From: the human T2T-CHM13v2.0 reference genome, Homo sapiens
Reading direction: 5' to 3' (one strand)
NCBI RefSeq assembly: GCF_009914755.1
Contig: NC_060938.1
Length of the DNA: 64,000 nt
The translations under genes were made by a program, and so were the position numbers. Shown here piece after piece: positions 53,726 to 64,000 of the stretch (positions within the stretch are counted from its first letter, which is position 1; every line of letters starts with the position of its first letter). Under the pieces are notes generated by a model. It saw nothing but the letters and a program-made list of their open reading frames with translations, ran no database searches and was not told the DNA's origin.

Positions 53726-56334
53726 ATGTTTTCCTCAGCACTTCAATAAATGGGGTACAGGAGTCAGTAGGAAATGAGTACATTAATTTTAGAGTGAAAA
53801 GATAATTAACACTTGAAGGACTAATGCTACAACCTATGGAATTATTATTCAAATTGAAGTTAATTTATCAAAAACTTGTGAAAACTATCTGCCCTAATGC
53901 AACTGTTTAAAAAAATAAAACTTGAATAGTAAGAGTTGGGCATGTTGGAGGCAGAGTGGGAAGAAGGCGGGGAGAGGGGGGCTTGGATGGAGAGTGGAGA
54001 GTGAGGGGAGAGAAAGGGAGAGAGGGAAATCATAGCAGGCATTAGCTATGTTTGAAAAAGCAACTTAAATGGGCTAAAACTTCAACATTTGGGACTGAAG
54101 GCTGGAGCACGTAAAACGCTTACTTAGATGATATGAATAGGACACTGGCAAACAAAAGCAGCAGTGTGCTCCTAGAAAACTGTGCTTAAAGGAGTTTCCT
54201 TGGCAACAGAAATGCAGTTCCAAAAGTAGACAGAACTTTCCTCAGAAAACATACTATTAATAACAACCTTCCGGAACAACTTGGAACAATTTGACGACTT
54301 GGCAATAATAATGCCAAGTGTTCTGCAAATTAATCTAACACATAACAGTTATGTTTCTCTTGCCTGTAATTCTGCTGGACCCTACCTAGAACTCATGCTT
54401 TTAGCAGCACAAATGTGAAAAATATTTCTAAATGCTGTCACGGAAAAAGAAAACCAAAAGAAATGCTAGTGGCCAACAGTGGCCAATGATTGTATTCAGC
54501 CTTTTGGAATCTACTAAGAACTCTGAGTTCAATGAGATAAGTTTATTCCAATAAATGCTCCTATATTTACTATCTCATTTCAGTAAAGAGGCTTCCACAG
54601 ACAAAACTTGGTAAAGGGTTAACAGTCTGAGACTTGCTGTGATGTGAAGCACATCTGAGGCCGTTGGTTATGTAAATGTAATGCTCACTAAATATGTGCT
54701 GAGTGTTATTTTTTAAAGTATCATCATTTCTTGTTAGCCTAGAGAATAAACTAATCTTGGATGTACTTGGCCAACGGGAATCATTTGAATTCTCCTGAAG
54801 GCTATCCGTTTGCCAGCCAAGAGAGGTAGAGTATTCCCCTCCTCTGACCTTTCTTGAATCCTTGGATCTAAAGGTTAAAAGTAATCAATATCTCATTGTG
54901 CTGCTTGGTTTCAGGGTAATAAGTAATAACCATCATGTTAAAATCCAAATGATTACAGATAGCCCTTAAATTAGTTGACCTGTTTGGGAGATTTTATTAC
55001 TTCCAATCAGGATAATAATTAGAGTTTGCTAATAAAATTTTGGATTAAGTTGCAAAAAATTTCAGCCTTTAATTTTTTGAAAAATGACTTTTACTTAATT
55101 AGATGGGAATGCGTAGTATTCCCTCTTTTGTTAAGCTGATAGCTTTTGCTTTAGCCCCAGATATTTGTAGATTTCTTTCTAGTTTCTAGAAAAGAAAGTA
55201 GAGGAACATTTAAATTTCTGATAAGAAAAGGTTTTTGGATCACTGCCATCTTTGGCTCCTGAACTACTCAAAACTATGTATATGTTTCAGGTTAGTGACT
55301 TCATAGCAGTGACCCTCACCTACTTTTTAGCATGTCCTGTTTTTAAATTACTTATCTTTAGTGGTTATATTCATATTGGGGCTAATCTGGTTTGAGGCTG
55401 GCAAAAAATTATATGATGTATGATTAAACTTTACAGACAGCTATGGTATGAATGGGGTTATTTATTTTGTTTAAAAAAAGAGTATCAAAATTTAAAGATG
55501 AAAACCAAATATTATCATTGACAAAGAGGTATTAATATAAAAAAGATAAATGATAGGCTTAATGTTCCATGTAATTACATCAGGAAGGCATTGGTTATCA
55601 TAATTATAACCACAAGGAAATGTATAAGGTACATATGCTATTTGGTCTAAATAATTTGTCTTTTATCATCGTTCTAGTTTTTATAGTTTATTAGAACTTC
55701 TTGAATGTATTCCTAAAGCAGGAATGTGGGGCTAAAAGGTACCTAGGTAACGTTTCAGTTATTTCAAAAGAAATCCTGGTACCTGTTCAGAATAGATGGT
55801 AAGGCGCAAGGGAAAAGTTTTCCCATAGTGCTTTCACATTAAACTCATTAACTTCCTTTATGTCTGTATCTCATAACATTGTCTAACTTTGGAAAGAAGC
55901 ACATTTGTGGTTGTCCTAGGGATATCAATTTGGAGTATTAGGGAATTCTCCAACCCAGCTAGCTGCATTACCAACTGACCATACTGCCTTTAATCCCATT
56001 CTTAAGATTCATTTCTTTGGGGTAAAGAAGAATGCACTCTACTGAATGCAGATATTCTGTGGGGAAGGCGCAGGAGAATGATATTGAATTAAATATCAAT
56101 TTTAATATCTAGCTAAAATAGAAAGGCATTGGGAAGGGAAGAGAGTGGGTAGAGAGAAGAAATCCAGAAAAGGGAACAAAAACAGATGTTATCTTCTTCA
56201 ACATTTGATAAAAAGAGAAGTGTGTTTATGTGTATGTATATGTGAGTGTGTTTTTCTGGTATTGAGATGGGTGTAGGATAGAGGGAGAAAGAAACTTATC
56301 AAATAGTAAGATTTTACTAATAAATTTGATTGTG

Positions 56335-56945
56335 TCAGTGCCCCATTCACATTATCTTATTTAATGCTCACAGGGATCTTGATTATTTTCCTTAATTCAT
56401 AGACCCTGAGCCAAAAACATAAAGAGGTTAGGAAGCTAGCCTAAAAAGGCACAGAACTTGTCCCTTAGTCAGGCTAGGCTAGGGTATGCCAAGATAACAA
56501 ATATGCCCCAAATCTCAGAGGCTTAAAGCTGCAAAGATTTATTTCTCATGCATACTACATGTCCATCACATGTTGGCTATTGGCTCTGCTTGGCATTGTC
56601 CTCACTCTTAGACTTAGGCTAATGGCACAGCCACCGTCTTAAATATTCCCTTACTATGGTAGAGAGAAAAGGGAGCTCTAGCGGGTCTCACTCTGGCCAT
56701 TAAGCCTTCTACCTGGAAGAAACACATGTCAGTTCCACTCAAAATTTTTTGGCCAGAACTAATTGCATGGCCACAACCAACTTCAAAGTAGATGGGGGAA
56801 ATGCAGCCCTACCATGTGCCTGAAATGCAGAAAGCTAGAAATATTTGTGGAGCTGTGCTAATAACTACCACAAGAACTAAGTAAGTTGGGATTTGAACCC
56901 AATCTGGGTGGCTCCAATGCTCATGGTCTTTTGCTCGCCTGCTCA
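56335..56945 (-). mobile_element. MIR interrupted by an MLT1 LTR
   Basis: cattatcttatttaatgctcaca...agaggttagg...ggcacagaact [LTR] aagtaagttgggatttgaaccca...ctccaatgctcatg. Confidence 0.65.
56459..56872 (-). mobile_element. MaLR solo LTR (MLT1I/J-like)
   Basis: tagtcaggctaggctagg...ccccaaatctcagaggcttaa...tttatttctcatgc...ttggccagaactaattgcatggcc...taactaccaca; agaact on both flanks. Confidence 0.8.
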
Positions 56946-58384
56946 TTGTTGCCCCATATCATCTTCTCTACAACAGGTAGATTCTTGCAAGAACGTTATT
57001 TCCTCCCTCTGTATGAACTTTTTGTGCTAAGATAGAAGAAAGAAATGTTAGAAGGTATATCTGCAAAGAAAAGATGATAGACTTGGGTTGGCTCTTTAGC
57101 TAATCATCAGGCTGTTCTGTGAAAGCCCCCAAATGTTCTTAAGCACCTCAATACCCTGGGGAAGTATTGCCATGCTGAGCCTCACTGGGGCCTCCTGCAT
57201 TTTGTTAGATTCAGGAAAGCTAAGGATGAAAACATTTATGCTTTTTGGGAGATGCACTAAAGGCAGCATTGCCCTCAGATGATTCAACCTCCTGGATCCC
57301 GTTATGCCAAAGGAAGTTACTAAAGGAGGGTCCCCATGGAGAGATGCTCTATAGGAATATCATTTGCAGAAAAACCATTTTGCAGTCCTGTTGAGGAAGC
57401 AATTTCAGTTCTCAGAAACAAGAGCCTTCCTAAGCATATTTTTAATAATGTGGGCTTTTGTGAAACTCATACATTCTTAAACTAAGCACTTCTGTGACAC
57501 TCTATCCCTAATGAGGCACACTGGGGTAAGCAAAGAAGGAAGGAGTGGTCTTCCTGCTGAACCTTGATTCATTTACATAAGACACAAAACACACAAACAC
57601 ACTACACACACATGCAAGCTAGGAAAGAAACAACCAGGCTAATGCTCTTATGGCCTTTGGGTTGATTTCAATTTCACTTCTAAAGTTTCTCAAACCACAG
57701 AGCTCTAGCCTTTCTCCAGAAGGATAGCTATACCCTACTGAAACTCATCTAAACTTACTATTTCAGCTGCTTTCCTAAGTAGTTGATTCCATATGCTTAT
57801 AGACATTTACATAAAGAAAATGTGTGAATTTTAATATCCCCCTTGTCATCTCATTTTAGCCTTAAAAACTGGGAAGTCTGTGGAGGAAGTACACACACAT
57901 AAAATGTGTTTATTCACATACATTTATGTGTGTATACATATATACACGTATACAAAGTATTAACTTATTTAATTTAAAAAAATCTTTCACCAAGATTGAA
58001 TTTGAATGAAACCAGATTCCTTGAATCAGATATGCTATAGTCCCAAGACATTTAAATCATGCATATATAAATAACTGTACAAAATTCCTTCATATATGCC
58101 AAGTTTCAGTCTGGAGCACATTTCCATGTTACAAATCTTGGCATATTGGATTTTACAACCTTCATTACAACAGTATTATCCCTTTTAGTACTCAAAAGTG
58201 CCTCCCTGTGAAAGTTCTTCTTGGGGATTATTCAGCTGTGAATACTTGTTTATTAGTGAAATGCATATTTTAAAATAATGATCATAAATATGGACTTAGT
58301 AGGCCAAATTTGAGAATGATTGATTATATTTTTTGTTAGACTTCACACTCCACGTGGAGGATTCGTGTTATTTATTGATTATTT

Positions 58385-58453
58385 ATTAATGTATCTCCAG
58401 TGCCAAGCACAGTGCCTGGCACATAATAGAAACTCAATAAATATATGTTGAAA
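58385..58453 (+). mobile_element. L2 3' end
   Basis: tgtatctccagtgccaagcacagtgcctggcacataatagaaactcaataaatatatgttgaa. Confidence 0.8.
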
Positions 58454-59179
58454 CACATATTTTCAACAAGGCTTATTCAATAGTTAATTAAACTCTATTA
58501 ATCAGAACTATGCTATCAATTCATTACTTTTTCAACAAAACAGTCTATTTTTATGCTGTGATAATTGAATGTAAAACTTTATGTTCTTTTATATATAAAA
58601 CAAAAATTTCTCTCCTGGCAAAACCAAAGTGCAGTAAAGACAGTTCCTAATACCAAGAGTACTCAGGCTTGGCCAGGTTGATATCAGGGAGAAAGAGAAA
58701 GTAGTAGGGAAAGAATAAGGCAGAGAGGAAGGGAAGGACAAAGACACCCATGTCTGAGACATAAATGGTACAGAAATCCACAACTAATCACCATAATTCT
58801 ATGGCTAGTCTCCAGCCTCTCAAACCATAGTATTCTCTGGTGTATTCTTGAATATTTAGATACATACGGGTATGATTATTTATACATGTGAAGGTAACAT
58901 GTGCTGTGCAAATGTGAAACCTAAAAATCAGACAATAGATGTAGGTGAATATCAACAGTAATTAGAAATGGTAGGTATAGAAGCACAATTTGTACTTGTA
59001 CCATAGTTGGCAGGAGAGTTTATTGACATATTCATTGCAGAAAATTAGATACGACTTCAGATGAGTGTGTGCTTCCGAAAATGTCGTCAGTAAGGGAGTG
59101 AGGAAAACAAGAAGGGACTTAGACTTGGGCTGGCTCTTTAGTCCAAGTTTATGATGAGAGGGAGAGACATGTGCACATG

Positions 59180-59230
59180 TGAGAGAAAGAGAGAGAGAGA
59201 GAATGAGCAAGAGAGAGAAAGAGAGAGAGT
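59180..59230. repeat. Imperfect (GA)n tract
   Basis: Directly visible. Confidence 0.8.
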
Positions 59231-61489
59231 AAAAGAGTGACTTATCTTCCCAAAGCCGTAGCTAGCTAATTCAGAATATGGAAATTTAAAAATTAAATGT
59301 CACTGCTCTAATACCAGGAGAGGGCTGAAACACTTTTGAAACTTTCTCCCACATTTTCATTTTTAAAAAGTATTATACTATTCATAATTTTAAGAAATAA
59401 TCATATATGGCCATTAGTCATTTTTTTTTACTTAGTGATTAATTGTGAACTTTAATGATTTTAAACAATTAAGAAAATGTTACAAGATGCATCATTTCAA
59501 ATTAGCATCTGACAGATTTGTAATCACTTCACTTCTTGGCCCTCTTTGTGTCCACCTTGACATCCTTTTGGGTTTACTGTTTTCCCACTGAACTTTGTCC
59601 TTCCTCCTTAGCTTTCCTCAGCTGACATGCTGCAGTTTGAAAATATGCATGATAAACATTCCTGTCTGTATGATTTTTCCCTCCTCTTCCTCACTCTCAT
59701 CTGCCTGGTGGTACTAAAGACCCATTCTGTGAAGTAATGTCTTATAAACCAGGAGCCAAAATCCTCATGTTAACTTAAGTATAAATGAGTCTCTAGGGTT
59801 AAGCTAATTGAAATATTTTCTGTAACTTGGAAATACCGCAAAAGAATTCAAATTTGGCTAGCATCTTATAATCCAAGTTTTGATGATAGTTTCACTAGGC
59901 TCCATCCGTCCAAGTTTGGGTTAGAAAAAGAAATAAAGTATGGAAACACTGTCAGAAGCCTTTTCTGTTTACAAAAAGATCCAGGGATACCATGAGTAAT
60001 GCCAGAAATCTCATGTGACAGCCAGCTCTTGTGGGAGTTTTGAGCTCACCAAGTTCAGGAAATAGTTCCAGAAAGCTGATTGGAGCATTGGAGCACAACG
60101 ATTTTTTTTTTTAATCTGAAGTGAATAATTGTGTTCCCCGTCTGCTGTCCACACTGCTGCTCAGAACTATACCCTGGTGGGGTGGACATCTCCCCAGTGC
60201 TAGGTAATATTTGGCACTCAGTAAATACTTTCTGATTTGAATCACCTACTTAATGATTCTTCTCCTGAATATTCCAAAGTTGATCTCTAAGAGATTTTGT
60301 ACAGTTATTTAGTTCCATGGAAAGTGAGAATTTCAGTGGTGTTCCAGGACTGCAAGTACCTTGAAAAGACCTTCATTTCATTCCTTCTCTTTCAAGGATT
60401 GTTTTTATCCATTCCATATAGGAGAGAATTTGTCCTCCATTAAAGATCTTTCCAGAGGGAATTCCACAGCCTTCCATTAAAATGTTTAACTCTCCCTTTC
60501 CTGAAAGTCTTCTTATTTCTAGTGTAAATCCTCTCTGTTGGTGGTATTAATTGTCAAATCAGCCAGAATCCATGCTCTGTAACTAGCTCTTCTGTTTTCT
60601 GTATAGTCACATTTCTCAAGCTTTTGCAGTTTCAAGTTAGAAAATTTTTTGGTGCTCAAAACTGGTTGGTGAAAAAAATTTTTTTAAGTCATTTATTTCA
60701 GTTTTGTCTACACTCCATCTAACTGAAACCACTTCCATCCTCTTTTGTAGCAGAAAATATGCTAATATTGAAAGACTGCTGGTAAATCCATATATCTGAG
60801 AGGCTTTAACAAGCTCCATGGATTTCTCCATCAGGTTTTTCAACTATCTCTTATTAACAGTTAATAAAATAGTTCATGGATGGTTTGGAAGACGACTGTA
60901 GCTTTTCTGAGATGGTATGACTTACAGTATATGCCTTTAAAAAAATTTAAAAAGAAAAAGAACATGACATAAAAAATGGACCCAAAAAAAAAAAAACCTC
61001 TTCCATTTAGGGACAGAGCTACTTCTTCTCCCAGTGGATGCGTAATATATTATTTATGTCGGAGTGAGCATTGTGTTTTTGGCTCACATTCCATTTGGAG
61101 CATACACAATATGACAGTTTCCTTGGCTTATTGTTGTATATGTGGCTATCTATTTTTAATACATTGCTTTTGTCTCTTTTTCATGCTTGCTTACATCTGT
61201 TGTTATGAAAACTGACATAAAGTTTTTAAACATAAAAGAAGTGATGGAGAAAAAGATGTTAAGAGACACACAACATTTCAAGGGAACATGAGGTGGAGAA
61301 ACAGGAGCAGAGTCACTACTGAGGGAAACCGAAAGCAGCCTCTGCAAGATAAATGGGAGGGAGGTTGAGAACAAGGGTGCGCAATCACAGAGGAAAAAAA
61401 ACAGCCATGGCGCTACACAAAGCGTTTCTAATGAATGAGGCTTAGTGCCTTTTCCTCCAGATTATTGAAACATTTTAGGCTTCCGTTGT

Positions 61490-61602
61490 TAAACGTAGGA
61501 AGTAGGGATAATAACACCTACCTTGAAAGATTGTTGTTAGGATTCTATGAAGTAATGTATATAGGGGCTTCACCTGGTCCTTGGTAAATAGTATGTGCTC
61601 AA
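61490..61602 (+). mobile_element. MIR 3' fragment
   Basis: gggataataacacctaccttgaaagattgttgttaggatt...atagtatgtgctcaa. Confidence 0.65.
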
Positions 61603-61617
61603 AAGATAAAACAGAAT

Positions 61618-61834
61618 CGGGGCTGACAACTATGACCTGCAGGTCACATGCAGCCTACCACTCATTTTTAAAAGAAAGTTTTGTTGGAACACTGCCAGGC
61701 ACATTCATTTATGAAATATCTATATCTGCTTTTACGCAATGGTAGAGTTGAGTAGCATGAACAGTGACCATGTGGCCAGCATGCCTAAACTATTTACTAT
61801 CTGCCTCCTTACAGAAAATGTTTGCTAATCCCTG
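61618..61834. mobile_element. MER58A hAT-Charlie element
   Basis: cggggctgacaactatg...aaagttttgttggaacac...gtagagttgagtag...ctatttactatctg...tttgctaatccctg. Confidence 0.82.
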
Positions 61835-62599
61835 GTATAAATAATAACTATTATGGCAACGCTTTAGGAATATCCATTATTGTACAGACTTGAATGGTTT
61901 CCCAATTCAATTTTCTATCTGCTATATTACAGTAATATCTGTTGATTATGATCCTCTTGCCCCAGGTTCTAATTTTCCTTTTGTAACAACCCAAACTCTG
62001 TTTTGCTTGCTTTTCAGTGTAACATTAAATGATTAATTGGTTCATGTCACCACCAGGTGGCCTCCTATACTCTGTTGTGCTTCTGGTAACCAAAGAAAAT
62101 CAGAAAGTGGATCCTATACATTTCTTTCAACTGTGGTTGTCACTGTGCTCACAGGCACTTCTCTGGCGGCTTGACTGCTCTGAAATTGTTCATTGAACCC
62201 TACACTTCATGTTTGGCCTTGAAACATAAATAGATTCACACGGACCTTTTTATAAAATGAATTAATGCTTTTAAATGCATACACACACACATACACCAAA
62301 ATGGATTTTTAATAAAGAAGCTTGGTTGTCACTAATAGCTTCGCCATGATTCAGTCCCACTCTCATAGGTATACAGAGTTAACTGATCTTGAAGCTTCCT
62401 CAGGAAAAGACAAAGGCCAAAGAGGCTCAGATCTCTATATGTTAATTTCCCTTGAAGGGAATGGATGGACCTCATCTCAGTGCCCCAGTTTATGTTATTT
62501 TATTCTATAGATCCCCCTTTGAGCTTTCTTTGATCTTATTTTTAAGCTTCACTAAAGACCAGTGTTAGCAAAGGAAGATTGAGAAGCCATGTGATAAAG

Positions 62600-62725
62600 C
62601 CCTGGAGAAGGAGGCCAGATTCCCCTCGGGCAATTATTCTTATCCTCTCAGGCCTCATTTTCTTCATCTGTAAAGTGAGGGGGGTGGACTCAGTGTCTCT
62701 CAGGTCCATTCCAACTTCAGTATTT
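62600..62725 (+). mobile_element. MIR (MIR3-like) fragment
   Basis: ctcgggcaa...ggcctcattttcttcatctgtaaagtgaggggg...tctctcaggtccattccaac. Confidence 0.65.
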
Positions 62726-62856
62726 TCTCTTTGGTGAAAAAAATCAAAGATTACTTCAATTAGTAATTGACTTTGCCTATAAGCAATTGGACAAAATCAG
62801 AATTTTAAGACTTAATTTCACAGGCTAAAAGAACAAACTCATGGGTAAATATAATA

Positions 62857-64000
62857 CAGGCATACCTAAGAGATATTGCAAGTTCAGGTCCATACCACCA
62901 TAATAAGGCAAATATCATAATAAAGCAAGTCACGTGAATCTTTTGGTTTCGCAGTGCATATAAAAGTTGCGTTTACACTATACTGTAGGCTGTTAAGTGT
63001 GCAATAGCATTATGTCTAAAAATGTACTTAATTTAAAAAAATTTTATTGCAAAAAGATCCTAAAGATCATCTGAGCCTTCAGCAAGTCATAATCTTTTTG
63101 CTGGCGAAGGTCTTGCCTCAGTGTTGATGGCTACCGACTAATCTGGGTGGTGGTTGCTGAAAGTTGGGGTGGCTGCGGCAATTTCTTAAAATAAGGCAAT
63201 GAAGTTTGCCACATTAATTGGCTCTTTCACAAAGGATTTCTCTGTACCATACAATGCCGTTTGATAGCATTTTACCCACAGTAGAACTTCTTTCAAAATT
63301 GGAGTTAATCCTCTCAAACCCTGCCGCTGCTTTATCAACTAAGCTTATGTAATATTCTAAATCCTTTGCTGTCATTTCAACAGTGTTCACAGCATTCTCA
63401 ACAGCAGTAAATTCCATCTCAAGAAACTACTATCTTTGCTTATTCTTCAGAAGGAACACATCATTTGTTCAAGTTTTATCTTGCGATTGCAGCAACTCTG
63501 TCACATCTTCAGCCTCTACCTCCAATTCTAGTTCTCTTGCTATTTCCACCACATCTGCTATTACTTCCTCCACTGAAGTGTTGAACCCCTCAGTCATCCA
63601 TAAGGGTTGGAATCAACTTCTTCCAAACTCCTGTTAATGTTGATATTTTGATCTCCTCCTATGAATTTCAAATGTTGTTAATGGCATCTAGAATGGTGAA
63701 GCCTTTTCAGAAGGTTTTCAATGGACTTTGTCCAGATCCATCAGAGGAATCACTATCTATGCAGCTATAGCCGTACAAAATGTATTTCTTAAATAAGACA
63801 ACTTGAAAGTCAAGATTACACCTTGATCCATGGGCCACAGAATGAATGTTGTGTTAATAGGCATGAAAACAGTAGTAATCTCCTTGTACATCTCCATCAG
63901 AGCTCTTGGGTGACCCAGTGCATTGTCAACGAGCAGTAATATTTTGAAAGGAGTCTTTTATTCTGAGCCATAGGTCCCCACAATGGGCTTAAAATATATA
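62857..64000 (-). mobile_element. Tigger1 DNA transposon, 3' part with decayed transposase C-terminus (runs off the window)
   Basis: TA followed by TIR caggcatacct...gatattgc. ORF 63214-63417 (-) reads [41 protein letters not shown], matching the Tigger1/pogo transposase tail; the frame is disrupted. Confidence 0.93.

Noticed and set aside
59167-59180. 14-bp palindrome ACATGTGCACATGT
   Set aside because: Embedded in a GA/CA low-complexity tract, and the spacing does not fit a p53 response element.
63214-63417. Transposase-like ORF resembling TIGD1
   Set aside because: It is a frameshifted fragment of a Tigger1 copy, not an intact or domesticated gene.

Overview
Primate (human-like) AT-rich, CpG-poor genomic DNA lying inside large introns of AKAP6 (mAKAP, A-kinase anchoring protein 6), transcribed on the + strand. 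Only two coding exons are supportable: 29115-29263 (149 nt) and 46776-46896 (121 nt). They splice in frame across a 17.5-kb phase-2 GT-AG intron to give ...AEVQLCYLEAQRD...SVGSNG|LLDFDSEYQELWDWLIDME...HLYK, which I recognise from memory as the spectrin-repeat region of AKAP6 (probably exons 8 and 9; numbering is recalled, not checked). The rest is intron carrying 12 Alus (all in the first 45.2 kb), six LTRs (MST, THE1, MLT1, MER21), L1, L2 and MIR fragments, hAT/Tigger DNA transposons and microsatellites. All other ORFs in the track look spurious or repeat-derived. I see no new gene system. The most notable unexplained structures are: a perfect 31-bp inverted copy with a 14-bp flanking duplication (young templated insertion), an older ~57-bp locally templated insertion inside a Tigger3a, a template-switch hairpin in an AluY, several stop-containing cryptic exon/acceptor candidates in the intron between the two exons, a possible stop-free 270-nt circular ORF from the two exons, and a small motif-dense CpG-enriched element at ~53.5 kb. 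Repeat subfamily names come from recalled consensus sequences, and ancient repeat boundaries are approximate.
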